Positions 20,855 to 30,622 are shown, numbered from the stretch's first letter. The stretch: 64,000 bases of DNA from an uncultured Verrucomicrobiae bacterium (GCA_963782115.1 CAWAIK010000020.1:10137-74136); one strand, 5' to 3'. Made by a program: numbers and translations. Notes: generated from the letters alone by a model not told the origin.

Positions 20855-22047
20855 ATGCCGAACAGCATTATTTCAGAAGACCGGCTTCAGAGCATTGATT
20901 TTAGTAACGACGAGATCGCGCGCTACTCCCGCCATCTCATCATGCCGGAAGTGACGCTCGATGGCCAGAAACGGATCAAGGCAGCCAGCGTCCTTTGTAT
21001 CGGGACAGGCGGCCTCGGTTCTCCTATCGCACTCTATCTCGCCGCGGCCGGCATCGGTCGGTTGGGCCTGGTTGATTATGATATCGTGGATTTTTCCAAT
21101 CTCCAGCGTCAGATCCTGCACGGCACGGAGGACGTTGGCCGAAAAAAGCTGAACTCGGCCAGAGACCGGATCAAAGCCATCAATCCGAATGTCCGGGTCG
21201 AACTGCACGATATGATGTTTCGAAGCGAGAACGCGATGCAGGTCGTTCAGGACTATGACATCGTCATCGACGGAACGGACAATTTTCCGACGCGCTATCT
21301 TGTCGAATGACGTATGTGTGCTGACGAAGAAACCGAATATCTACGGATCGATATTTCGGTTTGACGGTCAGTGCACGGTTTTCGCACCGCACTTGGGCGG
21401 TCCCTGTTACCGTTGCATGTTCCCTGAGCCGCCTCCGCCCGGGATGGTGCCCAGTTGTGCAGAGGGTGGGGTGCTCGGTGTCTTGCCAGGAATCATCGGC
21501 GTGATGCAGGCGATCGAGGCGATCAAAATGATTATCGGCATTGGCGATTCGCTGATCGGCCGTCTGGTCAGCTTTGACGCGCTCAAGCTCCGGTTTAAGG
21601 AGTTCAAGATCCGCAAGGATCCAAGCTTGCCCAATCTGCGGGGATCATCCAACGATTCATGAATTGATCGACTACGATCAGTTCTGCGGCATTCCGCAGG
21701 CTGATGCCGACGCGGCGAAGGAGCTCGAGGTCCCTACAATCACGGCGATGGAACTCAAGACGAAGATCGACCGGAAAGATAAGTTCGTCCTGGTGGATGT
21801 GCGCGAGCCGTTTGAGTATGACATCAGTCGAATTCCGGGCTCGAAATTGATTCCGCTGGGTGAGTTGCCAGCGCGACTGAGTGAGCTCGATAGTGCCGAT
21901 GAAATCGTTTTGCACTGCAAGGTCGGTGGCAGGAGTGCGAGAGCCTTAAGAATTCTTCAAGAGGCGGGTTTCCGGAAACTCAATAATCTACATGGCGGAA
22001 TCACCGCTTGGTCTGACGAGGTCGATCCGAGTATCCCAAAATACTAG
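20855..22047 (+). pseudogene. moeB: molybdopterin/thiamine-synthase adenylyltransferase (MoeB/ThiF/MoeZ type) with C-terminal rhodanese domain; two frame breaks
   Basis: ARYSRHLIMPEV...VLCIGTGGLGSPIALYLAAAGIG...DGTDNFPTRYLV, then a frame change at about 21305 to NDVCVLTKKPNIYGSIFRFDGQ...GPCYRCMFPEPP. A second change at about 21621-21627 leads to CPICGDHPTIHELIDYDQFCG and rhodanese ...LVDVREPFEY...IVLHCKVGGRSARA. Confidence 0.85.
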
Positions 22048-22098
22048 CTGGCAAGCGACTTGGCCTCCACGGACCGATTCGCAGCTCGTTCACTGCTA

Positions 22099-22369
22099 GT
22101 GCACCGTCTCGCATATAATGGTGATGTCGCCGCAGGTCAGTTGGCTGTTTTTCAAGGCGCGAGCGAAGCGCCCATATCTGAGTCATACGGGTCGAGCGAG
22201 CAACGCGGAAAAACAGCCAACTGGCCGCGGCCCGGAGGGTTGCGTTGAAAATGGGCCGGCGGCGGCGTTGCTCGTCGGTTACATATCGATTCAGATATGC
22301 GCCCTCCTTGCGCCTTGCCGGCCCCATTTTGAACGCAACGCCATCACCATTATATGCGAGACGGTGCAC
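22099..22369. mobile_element. MITE-like element, copy 2 (intact ends), TA-flanked
   Basis: Perfect 28-bp terminal inverted repeat GTGCACCGTCTCGCATATAATGGTGATG (22099-22126 versus 22342-22369), with TA immediately outside both ends. Nested internal stems include CAGTTGGCTGTTTTTC/GAAAAACAGCCAACTG and GGGTTGCGTTGAAAATGGGCC/GGCCCCATTTTGAACGCAAC. No ORF of its own. Related to 11550-11806. Confidence 0.8.
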
Positions 22370-22398
22370 TAGCCGATTCCGCGTCAAGATTTTCGGAA

Positions 22399-22653
22399 AT
22401 GGAAGAGACTCTCCTTGAACTCTTGTGTGCGCCACTGAGCCACGCCGCGCTTCGGCTGGCCACTCCAGCCGAACTCGGCGAGATCAACAGCAAGATTCGA
22501 CAGCGCCTGATTCGAAATCGCGACGGTCTAACGCTCGATGTCGAACTCGACGGCTCTCTCGTTTGCGACTCGGAGCGCACCTGTTATGCGATTCGCGATG
22601 GTTTGCCGATTCTGATCTCAGGAGAAGCATTCGATTGGCCCCCAAATCCGTAG
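22399..22653 (+). CDS. Trm112/YcaR (UPF0434) family small protein
   Basis: From Met at 22399: MEETLLELLCAPLSH...LVCDSERTCYAIRDGLPILISGEA, the family pattern with the first Cys pair degenerate. The upstream part of the tracked ORF lies inside the MITE terminal repeat. Confidence 0.6.
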   Translation: MEETLLELLCAPLSHAALRLATPAELGEINSKIRQRLIRNRDGLTLDVELDGSLVCDSERTCYAIRDGLPILISGEAFDWPPNP

Positions 22654-22761
22654 CATTCGATGGGCAAAGACGAGAAGCTCAACAAGAGACAAACTGTTCT
22701 CGACGCATTGGACCAGGACAAATCCGTCGATCAGGAAGAATACAGGGTTAAAAATTAAGGA

Positions 22762-23346
22762 CTACACGCTCAAAGGCATGCTGTAAACGATCTGCCGCAC
22801 GTCCGGCACGCCCAGCGCGAGATTGATTACCTCGGCGGCCTGATCGAGAGACTCCCCTTTCGCGCGAATCGTTACGATGCCGTCATCGGTTTTTATCTCA
22901 AAATTTCGAGGTGGTAGTTGTGATTGGCCAGCAATCTTTGATCTGACAGAAGAGGTGATGATGGCGTCGGTCGTGAGAGCTGTAGGTTGTAGCGACTCCG
23001 GTGGCGTCGTTGGCTGGACAACAATCAATCCAAACTCAAAACGAAGCACAATCCCGCCCTGAAGCCGCTGAGAGAAATCGTCCTGCGCCGAATAGGTCAT
23101 ATCCGAACTGACAACGACCAACTCGCTCGAACGCTGGTAGCTCTTTTGATCTGGCGAAATGAGCTGGGAAGCCGATGCCTGCGTTAGTTTTTGGCCGGCA
23201 TATGGCTGTTGCACTGTCGCTTGTCTCATCGAGTATTTACTGTCGTTATCAGTAAGTGCGCAGCCGCAGAAACAGATGATGGCTGACGCCCAGAAAACGA
23301 GGTTGAGAGCATCTAATTTACGCATGTTCGGGTCGGAAAATCGCAT
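22762..23346 (-). CDS. BON-domain lipoprotein
   Basis: N-terminal lipobox-like ...AIICFCGCAL. C-terminal BON-like DAIITSSVRSKIAGQSQLPPRNFEIKTDDGIVTIRAKGESLDQAAEVINLALGVPDVRQI. The start could be Met8 (23325). Confidence 0.6.
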   Translation of the reverse strand: MRFSDPNMRKLDALNLVFWASAIICFCGCALTDNDSKYSMRQATVQQPYAGQKLTQASASQLISPDQKSYQRSSELVVVSSDMTYSAQDDFSQRLQGGIVLRFEFGLIVVQPTTPPESLQPTALTTDAIITSSVRSKIAGQSQLPPRNFEIKTDDGIVTIRAKGESLDQAAEVINLALGVPDVRQIVYSMPLSV

Positions 23347-23360
23347 CAGGAGATAACGCT

Positions 23361-23945
23361 TTGGACGTAGAACGAAGGACTTTGTTTACTTTTATTTTCT
23401 GTTTCGCTGGCTTCTTCGCTGGTTGCCATCTAGAAAATGCGGAGCAAAAGGGCGACTCCGAGGCGAAATCGGGGCGATTCGAATCCGCAATTTATTGGTA
23501 CGAATCCGCGCTTGGAACGGAGGATCGTTTAGCGGTTCACTGGAAGATGGCTGAGATTTTCGCCAACAAGCTGCGCGATCCTGCCAGCGCCGCCTATCAC
23601 TATCGGAGACTCCTGGCATTGCATGCCAGCGGCGCGCGCGCGGATGCATCGAGGGCGGCTCTGCATCGCCTGGAGGCGGGTTCGATGACCGAAGGAGGTC
23701 CGAATCATCTAAAAAGCAGCCCCACGCCCAAGACGAGTTCGCCGGAGCAAGCGGCCGTTGAGGGCGAAAAGGCCGCTAAGGGCAAGGTGCGCACCTATGT
23801 CGTTCAGGCCGGCGACACCTTGGAATCGATCTCTAAGAAGTTTTATCAGACGCCTTCCCGCTGGAAGGACGTTCTCGACGCGAACCAGAACCAACTGTCG
23901 AATCCCGGCGAACTGAAGGCAGGTCAGACGATCATCCTCCCTTGA
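23361..23945 (+). CDS. LysM-domain lipoprotein
   Basis: Lipobox FFAGC at the N-terminus. C-terminal LysM: YVVQAGDTLESISKKFYQTPSRWKDVLDANQNQLSNPGELKAGQTIILP. Non-ATG (TTG) start in the ORF track. Confidence 0.6.
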   Translation: MDVERRTLFTFIFCFAGFFAGCHLENAEQKGDSEAKSGRFESAIYWYESALGTEDRLAVHWKMAEIFANKLRDPASAAYHYRRLLALHASGARADASRAALHRLEAGSMTEGGPNHLKSSPTPKTSSPEQAAVEGEKAAKGKVRTYVVQAGDTLESISKKFYQTPSRWKDVLDANQNQLSNPGELKAGQTIILP

Positions 23946-23977
23946 TTCCTGAAGCAACTTTAACGATTGGGTAGGAT

Positions 23978-25240
23978 ATGAACAAGGTCGTCGGTCTAAC
24001 GCTCGTCTCAGCGCTTACGTTTCTGTCCGCTTCTCACGCGGTTTACGCAGAGGAGATGGGCGCCGAACAGTACGCGGCGCGTGCAGTGCAATCTGTGAAA
24101 GACCGGAACCAGGCTGAAGCCCTCGCAGACTTCAACAAGGCCGTGGAATTTGCGCCCGATAAGCCGATTCATTACCGGAACCGTGCGGCATTTTTCGCTT
24201 TAACAAAGCAATGGGAAAAAGCGATCGCCGATTACAACACGGTGTTGAAGCTGGAAAAAAATGACCCGGCAACGCTGTTGAACCGGGGTTATGCGTATGT
24301 TCAACTCGGCAATTTGGATCAGGCGCTGGCCGATTTCGATGGTGTTCTCCGAGTGCAGCCCGACAACGACCGAGCGCTCCGGTATCGAGCTTACATCTAT
24401 GAGGCCCAAAAACAGGATACGAAGGCTGTAGAAGATTTAAACAAGCTTGTCGAAAAGAATCCTGGCGACGCCCAAAGCTACAAGGCGCGCGCCGATGCCT
24501 ACGCGGCACAGGCGAAATGGAGCGATGCAATCGCGGACTATAGCAGGGCGCTGGAGGTAAACCCCAAAGACCTCGAATCGGTATCGGCTCGCGCTATTGC
24601 ATATTTGCATGCAGGCGACAAAGACAAGGAACTGTCAGATCTGAACGCGGTGCTCGACGCCAAGCCGAACAATCTCGAATTCCTGAAATTGCGCGCCCAG
24701 GCCAATTACGGCAAGAGCGAATTCAGCGCGGCGATTGTCGACTACTCGAAGGTGATCGAACTGAAGTCAGACGATCCTTCCCTGTATGCGGCGCGCGGAT
24801 TCGCGCGGCTGAAGAAAGGGGACAAGAGCGAGGCTTTGGAAGACTTTTCCAAAGCGATCGAGCTAAAGCCGGACGAGGCCTTATACTACGAGGCTAAGCT
24901 GTACGTCGAGGACAGCGAAAACGATTCGGAGAAGGCTCTCGGCGACTTGACGCATCTCATCGCGCTTAAACCGGACGAGATCGACCTCTACTTCCGACGC
25001 GCGAATCTATACCTCAAACTGAACAAGAGCGACGAGTCGCTGGCGGATTACGAGAAGATTCTGGCAAAGGACCCGAAGAATATCGGGGCGTTGGCCGGCA
25101 AAGGAGAAGCCATTGCGAAGAAAGGTGACCGAAGAGCCGGCGCGGAACAACTGCAACAGGCGCTGCAGCTGGCAACCGATCCCAAGGAAAAACAGAATAT
25201 TCAAGCCAAGCTTCGTGCGATCGGTGTCGGCCCGTTGTAG
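23978..25240 (+). CDS. secreted tetratricopeptide-repeat protein
   Basis: 420 aa with a signal peptide (LTLVSALTFLSASHAVYA). It contains about 10 TPR-like 34-aa units (A..DF.KA.E..P......NRG.AY...G....A..D....L...P). Confidence 0.75.
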   Translation: MNKVVGLTLVSALTFLSASHAVYAEEMGAEQYAARAVQSVKDRNQAEALADFNKAVEFAPDKPIHYRNRAAFFALTKQWEKAIADYNTVLKLEKNDPATLLNRGYAYVQLGNLDQALADFDGVLRVQPDNDRALRYRAYIYEAQKQDTKAVEDLNKLVEKNPGDAQSYKARADAYAAQAKWSDAIADYSRALEVNPKDLESVSARAIAYLHAGDKDKELSDLNAVLDAKPNNLEFLKLRAQANYGKSEFSAAIVDYSKVIELKSDDPSLYAARGFARLKKGDKSEALEDFSKAIELKPDEALYYEAKLYVEDSENDSEKALGDLTHLIALKPDEIDLYFRRANLYLKLNKSDESLADYEKILAKDPKNIGALAGKGEAIAKKGDRRAGAEQLQQALQLATDPKEKQNIQAKLRAIGVGPL

Positions 25241-25462
25241 TAAACAGCGTCCAAACACTAGTGCGAAATCTCACAAGCGCCTTGGCGATGCGAGATTTCG
25301 GCTCGGCGCCACTTTCAGGGCGCATTGATCCGTGGCGGGTGCCCACGATGAAACCTTAAGGGCAGCTCGTTTTCCCTTTGGGCATAGATCTGGTTCCATT
25401 CCCTTGGGTCGACGTGCGAAATTCTTTGCGTTACGACTCTGCAGATCTTCGGGAACTTCAGG

Positions 25463-26233
25463 TTAAACGTAGGAGCTATCGTCGCCACCGCCGCTGTCGT
25501 CTCCGCCAAAGTCTGTGCTATCGGACACATAGTCATCGGTGGTTCCGGGATCGGGGTCCGGATCCGCGTTGGCGGTTTGATCGGCGTTACTCTGGTCTAA
25601 CTGGCCCCGGTTTTCGTCCCCCTGATCGTAGTAGTTGTTGATGACTTCCGTGTTCTCCACCGGTGTTCCTCCGCCAAAAAGTCCGCCCGACGATGTGGAC
25701 GCGCCGGAAAACGGGCCCGGATTGTGGCCGATCAAGTTTTCTATTCCCTGAAACAGCAAGGCTCCGCCGGCGACTCCAGCAGCCGTCGATAAAGCGCCTT
25801 GCAGAAATCCTCCACCTCCGCCTCGGGGCGAAGGTTGCGATACCGGCGGAGGGTAATTGTAAGCTTGTGGCTGCGCGGGCTGCATCGGAGCCGGTGGAGG
25901 AGCCGGCGGCGGCGTCGCGCGCTGTGGCTGTCCGTGGGGTTGGCCGCCACCGAAAAGGCTGGCGACTCCGGCGAGAAAACTTCCGCCTCCTTGCTGAGTG
26001 CCGGGCGCACGATTCTCGGCAAGTTGCTTCTCGAGTGCGGCGATTCGATTTTGCGCGTTTGAGACAGCTTGTTGCATTACGAGGAGACTCTGGACCAGCA
26101 GGTAGGGAGCGGCAGGAATCTCAGAGACCTTGCTTCGAATCAATTGATCAGCCTCGGGATCCCTGGGTTGGTTATTCGCCTGGCTTAGTCGATCGAACAG
26201 ACCGGATATGAGATTGCGTTCTTCGGGTGTCAT
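25463..26233 (-). CDS. DUF2076-family protein with Gly/Pro-rich and acidic C-terminal region
   Basis: N-terminus MTPEERNLISGLFDRL...ADQLIRSKV...PYLLVQSLLVMQQAV..AQNRIAALEKQL matches the DUF2076 pattern, followed by a low-complexity G/P/Q tail. Confidence 0.6.
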   Translation of the reverse strand: MTPEERNLISGLFDRLSQANNQPRDPEADQLIRSKVSEIPAAPYLLVQSLLVMQQAVSNAQNRIAALEKQLAENRAPGTQQGGGSFLAGVASLFGGGQPHGQPQRATPPPAPPPAPMQPAQPQAYNYPPPVSQPSPRGGGGGFLQGALSTAAGVAGGALLFQGIENLIGHNPGPFSGASTSSGGLFGGGTPVENTEVINNYYDQGDENRGQLDQSNADQTANADPDPDPGTTDDYVSDSTDFGGDDSGGGDDSSYV

Positions 26234-26443
26234 AGTTAAAGGAAGACGTTGTTCTCCACTTTGACAAGTCTTGACTAGCCAAGTTCAAAAGGAGTGCGGG
26301 TGTTTGGCCGACCGAGGCAAGGGGAAACGTGTTGGCGGGTCTGCGCATCGGTGTATCGGCATTTGGGCGAAAGGTTGCTCTTTGACACGGCTGCAATGAC
26401 CGGAAGGTTTCGACGAAATTGACGACGCTACAAACATTTCCCC

Positions 26444-26848
26444 TCAGGCGCCTTCGAAACTGTATTTGCCCGGTCCGACGAATAGAAAAACGATCATAAT
26501 GCAGAACATTTCGATCGAGCGCGAGTATTGCACGAAATTATGGGGATGCTGTCGAAACGTCGAAACAAAGGCTATGAGCATCGTAAGCGCGATAAAGGTG
26601 GCCGCGGGCCTGAAAAGGAATCCAAGGACGACCAGGATTCCGCCGGCGAACTCGGATAACGCAGCGAGAAGTCCCCAGAGATTAGGCATGAAACTGATGC
26701 CCAGGCTAGCCATCGAGTGCCCATAGTGTGTCCAGGCTGCTTGACCGCCGGAAAGTTTCTGCCAGCCAAAAACGACGAAAATAGCACCCACACCGAGACG
26801 ACCGATCAAAAGCCCGAGATCGGCGTGTTTGGCCAAAGACTTGAACAT
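26444..26848 (-). CDS. DoxX-family membrane protein
   Basis: 134 aa with four hydrophobic helices: GLLIGRLGVGAIFVVFGWQKL...LLAALSEFAGGILVVLGFLFRPAA. Confidence 0.7.
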   Translation of the reverse strand: MFKSLAKHADLGLLIGRLGVGAIFVVFGWQKLSGGQAAWTHYGHSMASLGISFMPNLWGLLAALSEFAGGILVVLGFLFRPAATFIALTMLIAFVSTFRQHPHNFVQYSRSIEMFCIMIVFLFVGPGKYSFEGA

Positions 26849-26873
26849 GACATTCGTTTAACTCACGGTGCCG

Positions 26874-27482
26874 TCACGCGTCAACGCGAAGACACGGTTC
26901 GGATTCCGAAGAGGGACAAACGCCCACAGAGCGCAGAAGCGGCCGAATGAGCTCCATCGGCAAGCCAACGACATTGGTGAAAGAACCATCGATACGCTCG
27001 ATAATAACGTCCGCCGAGTCCTGCGCCGCGTATGCGCCCGCCTTGTCGAGTGGGTCCACGGTTTTCAGGTATTCGTTGATTTCCATTGTCGAGAGAGAAC
27101 GAAATGCGACTGCGCTGCAAACGGCCCGCAGGATAATGCGGCCGAGATTTGCTTCGATCAGTGCGATGCCGGTGATGACTTCGTGCGTCTTCCCGACGAG
27201 TTTGCGAAGCATTCGGCCTGCCTCGTCGAAGTCACGCGGCTTTCCAAAGACCTCTGATCCAAGCGCAACAATGGTGTCGGCACCGAGTACCGTCGCATCA
27301 GGATTGAGAGCAGCCACAGCGGCGGCTTTTAGCCTGGCGTTGAAGCGTGCCAGTTCGCCGGGAGTGAGGAAGTCGCAAGATAGCTCTGCCACTTCGGGTC
27401 GAACCACTTCAGGATGAAACTTCGCCTCACGAAGCAGTTGGATGCGCCGAGGTGAACTGGACGCCAGGATGAAGCGACTCAT
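26874..27482 (-). CDS. maf: Maf-like nucleoside-triphosphate pyrophosphatase (septum formation protein)
   Basis: From ATG at 27482: MSRFILASSSPRRIQLL...VLGADTIVALGSEVFGKPRD...AGAYAAQD...IERIDGSFTNVVGLP. Confidence 0.85.
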   Translation of the reverse strand: MSRFILASSSPRRIQLLREAKFHPEVVRPEVAELSCDFLTPGELARFNARLKAAAVAALNPDATVLGADTIVALGSEVFGKPRDFDEAGRMLRKLVGKTHEVITGIALIEANLGRIILRAVCSAVAFRSLSTMEINEYLKTVDPLDKAGAYAAQDSADVIIERIDGSFTNVVGLPMELIRPLLRSVGVCPSSESEPCLRVDA

Positions 27483-27555
27483 ACGAAATCCGTTTTCTGA
27501 CTTTCTAACTCTCGCCTCAAACCCGCCAGCGATTTTGAGATTTGCGTGCCAATCA

Positions 27556-28251
27556 TCACCGCTGCGACTTTTCTGTTGCAGTGTCTGCGGCTGGTGGGTT
27601 GAGTTCTTTGTAATCGGCAGGAATGGCAAAATCTGCGTCAGGCACGTTCATTTCTTGCACGGAATCGAGAGTCACGACGATTTTTTGTCCCATGATCGTC
27701 TGCGTGGTGCGTACGGGCAATCCCGGATACTTGTCCGGTGGAATGGACATGCTGCGAAAGGCCTCCATCGCAGGCCCATTCTGTACCTGGTAGAGCGCTT
27801 CCACGATCTTTTGGTAATTCGGATATTGTTTCGCGATAAAGATGCTCATTTCGATGCCATTGAAGTTCGTGGTGTATTCCTCGGTATCGAAACCGTTGAT
27901 TTTCTCCTGTTTTCCAGTCGGCTTCAACTTGACTTCCTGGGGATTTTCCAACTTTTGTCCGAGCATCTCCTTCAGCGCTTTTGCCTGTTCCTTGATTTGT
28001 TCAGGGCTGATCTTGAGAAAGGCCTTGTTCGGATGGATCAAAAGCGTGGTCACGCCTGTTTCCGAATCGATGACTGCGCTGGTCTCTTCTCCGGTGTCCA
28101 ACCTGACCTTGGTGTCTTTGATTTTAAGGGTGATTTGTTGAACTTGGCCGGAATTCTCTAATTTTTCCTTAATGACGTAGTCAGCTTTCGCAGTGAGCGC
28201 GAAGCATGCGAGACATGCGAGGCTTGCAACGGCGACGTTCGTTCTATTCAT
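27556..28251 (-). CDS. hypothetical secreted protein (possibly DUF4412-like)
   Basis: 231 aa with a signal peptide (VAVASLACLACFALTAKA), Lys/Glu-rich. The family assignment is tentative. Confidence 0.5.
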   Translation of the reverse strand: MNRTNVAVASLACLACFALTAKADYVIKEKLENSGQVQQITLKIKDTKVRLDTGEETSAVIDSETGVTTLLIHPNKAFLKISPEQIKEQAKALKEMLGQKLENPQEVKLKPTGKQEKINGFDTEEYTTNFNGIEMSIFIAKQYPNYQKIVEALYQVQNGPAMEAFRSMSIPPDKYPGLPVRTTQTIMGQKIVVTLDSVQEMNVPDADFAIPADYKELNPPAADTATEKSQR

Positions 28252-28433
28252 GAGGGCCGGGCTACTGTAACCGAGGCATCCCGCTTTGCATCCCTAGAGT
28301 AGGGAGGAGTTGCAGGAGCTCAGCAGGCAAAGCCCTGCGACGGCCAACAAAGATTCACATGGGTCGAGTGCAAATGGCGAAAACTCTCAGTCTCCGACCA
28401 GCCGCAAATCCGCAGATCCATCTGCAACTCCCT

Positions 28434-29891
28434 CTATTCTTTGATGATCGTCACAAGATCGAGCGGTTGAGGAAGAGGCAGAGCCATTCGGATGCCAAAC
28501 AATACGGCCGGCTTTACTTTCCAACGGGCGAAGTTATGTCCCGACACCTCGAATGTCTTCCATTCGGGATTCAGTTGAACTTGGCCGATTGATTCCTGGT
28601 TCACCACACAGAGGGCAGGGCCCGGTTGATTCATGAAGTCCGAGAAGCCGGAGGTATCCAGGCGCCGATGAAAAGGGCGCGTCTTTTCGCGCAGGTACCA
28701 AATTAGACTTTGCTCGTCGTAATTGAGCGATGCTGTTCGGGTCTCCGGGGAGATGAGAGGAAGCGCGGTTTTGGCAATTCTCTTGGAAAGAAATTCCGGT
28801 TCGATCAGTCGAAACCCGACGAGCGCGATCAGAAGATAAAGACCAAGGGTGATTCCCAGGAGGAGCTCCTTCCATTTGCTTTCCGCAGCTTGTCGGGCCA
28901 CGAGGATTGCAAGCATTGGGTATGCCGGAAGGACGTAGTGAGGCAACTTGGTCTGGATCAGCGTGAACACGAAAAGCACGATTAGAATTGGGCCCAAAAG
29001 ATAATTCTCGTCCGGTTCTCTCTGCACGAGAAGTCGCCTCACGCAGGCCGGTAAAAAAAAACACCATGGGAAAAAGCTGAAGAAGCTGGCGGCCAGATAG
29101 AATGGCAGGAACAGAAAGTAGCCGGCGAGGCCCGGCCCTCCATGGCTTTCCATCGGCTGCAGGGAACGTTGGAGAACATGTTTCCCCAGGCCAATCTGCA
29201 GATACTGACCATTTGTTGCGATCAGCGCAGGAATACCCCAGAGCCCGATCACGATGAGGACTACGAGCCCTCCAAGAAGAGCAGATTTGAGTTTGAATTG
29301 GCAAGGAGCCCGGTTCAGAAGTGATCGCACGGGTAGAAAGAAAACCGGAATCAACGCAGCAGGACCTTTCGCGAGGAAGCCAAGACCGAGAGAGAGATAA
29401 AATGTCCACCACCAGAATGTGGAACTTGGATTCCTTAGCCGTTCCCAGTCGGCCCATGTCGCGACGAAAAAAAAGAAAACCAGCGGCATATCGGCTACGG
29501 CAGCGCGTGCATGGATGAAAACCTGAAGACAGGTTGCGAATATGAGTCCTGACCAGATTCCAACGCGTGGGCCGAAGATCTGGCTCGCGAAGATCCACGT
29601 GGCGACGGCGGCTAGAGCAGCAAAAATCGCCGAAGGAAATCGTGCGGCGAAATCGTTCTCCCCCATTACATCGTATGACAGAACCTGGCACCAATAAATC
29701 AACGGCGGTTTGTCGAATCGATAGTCGCCGTTGAGCCTTGGTACCACGAAATCCCCGCTCTGCCTCATTTCGCGGGAAGCTTCAGCGAATCGCGGTTCAT
29801 CGCGATCTATCAGCGGCAACGACCAGTTACCGATCGAATAGAGCAGCAGCGCGCCCAAAAAAAAGAGACCCAGGTGGAGCGGCTTAGGCAT
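28434..29891 (-). CDS. ArnT/PMT-like (GT39/GT83) membrane glycosyltransferase
   Basis: From ATG at 29891 (MPKPLHLGLFFLG...): RDEPRFAEASREM..SGDFVVPRLNGDYRFDKPPLIYW, then about 10 further TM helices. The 386-aa off-frame ORF inside it is rejected. Confidence 0.8.
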   Translation of the reverse strand: MPKPLHLGLFFLGALLLYSIGNWSLPLIDRDEPRFAEASREMRQSGDFVVPRLNGDYRFDKPPLIYWCQVLSYDVMGENDFAARFPSAIFAALAAVATWIFASQIFGPRVGIWSGLIFATCLQVFIHARAAVADMPLVFFFFVATWADWERLRNPSSTFWWWTFYLSLGLGFLAKGPAALIPVFFLPVRSLLNRAPCQFKLKSALLGGLVVLIVIGLWGIPALIATNGQYLQIGLGKHVLQRSLQPMESHGGPGLAGYFLFLPFYLAASFFSFFPWCFFLPACVRRLLVQREPDENYLLGPILIVLFVFTLIQTKLPHYVLPAYPMLAILVARQAAESKWKELLLGITLGLYLLIALVGFRLIEPEFLSKRIAKTALPLISPETRTASLNYDEQSLIWYLREKTRPFHRRLDTSGFSDFMNQPGPALCVVNQESIGQVQLNPEWKTFEVSGHNFARWKVKPAVLFGIRMALPLPQPLDLVTIIKE

Positions 29892-29941
29892 TCGCACCAG
29901 CAATTCGACAAAAGGTTCGGCTCGTGTAGGTAATCTCCGGC

Positions 29942-30622
29942 ATGGGAAATCACCAGAGCAACCGAAGCGGACGAAAATCAAGCGAAGTTTCGGCCGCTCG
30001 ACGCTTCGGTCCGCTGATTGTCGGGATCATCCTATGTGGGCTGAGTTTCCTCTGTGATCAAGCCGTGATGCATTGGGTAAACGCGCACGATTGGAAGTCG
30101 GTCAAGGAAATCGCATGGTTTCTCAGCAAGTGGGGAGATTGGCCGGAATTGATGCTTTTCGGCTGCATTGCACTCTGTCTGGCCTGCCTCGCGCGAAGCC
30201 GGGTTGGGTGCAAGATCTTGCTGTGCATGTTGATCGCGGCAACGATTTCCGGGGCTGTAGTTGACTCCGTCCGCCTTCTAACCGGTCGAGCACGCCCCAA
30301 CAACAAAGAAGCAACGCAAGAATGGAATGGCTTGTGGCAAGGCCGCGAATTCCTGTTGTACAAGAACAAATACCATTCGTTTCCTTCAGGGCACACGGGC
30401 GCGGCCTTTGCATTCTTTGGTGTCCTGTTATTTGCCAATCGGTGGCGTGGCTGGTGGGCGTTGCTGGCTGCCGCAGCGATCGGTTGGTCGCGAATCTATC
30501 TCAACGTTCACCATTTTTCCGACGTAATCGTTGGAGCCTTAGTTGGACTTGTTACGGCCTCTCTTGTGTGGGAACGACTCGAGCCACGGGTGGACCGATT
30601 TCTGCGGCATTTTTTTGCCTAG
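29942..30622 (+). CDS. PAP2-family phosphatase
   Basis: KYHSFPSGHTGAAFAF and SRIYLNVHHFSDVIVGALVG (PAP2 motifs C2 and C3). Divergent from the glycosyltransferase gene. Confidence 0.8.
   Translation: MGNHQSNRSGRKSSEVSAARRFGPLIVGIILCGLSFLCDQAVMHWVNAHDWKSVKEIAWFLSKWGDWPELMLFGCIALCLACLARSRVGCKILLCMLIAATISGAVVDSVRLLTGRARPNNKEATQEWNGLWQGREFLLYKNKYHSFPSGHTGAAFAFFGVLLFANRWRGWWALLAAAAIGWSRIYLNVHHFSDVIVGALVGLVTASLVWERLEPRVDRFLRHFFA

Noticed and set aside
25263-25300. Hairpin GCGAAATCTC...GAGATTTCG between convergent genes as a rho-independent terminator
   Set aside because: A 9-10-bp stem with a 19-nt loop and no U-tract on either strand is too weak to call.
28534-29694. 386-aa ORF inside the glycosyltransferase gene
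   Set aside because: It is an off-frame ORF on the same strand as a motif-supported GT39/ArnT-like gene. Its Arg/Ser/Pro-rich composition is typical of wrong-frame translation of GC-rich coding DNA.
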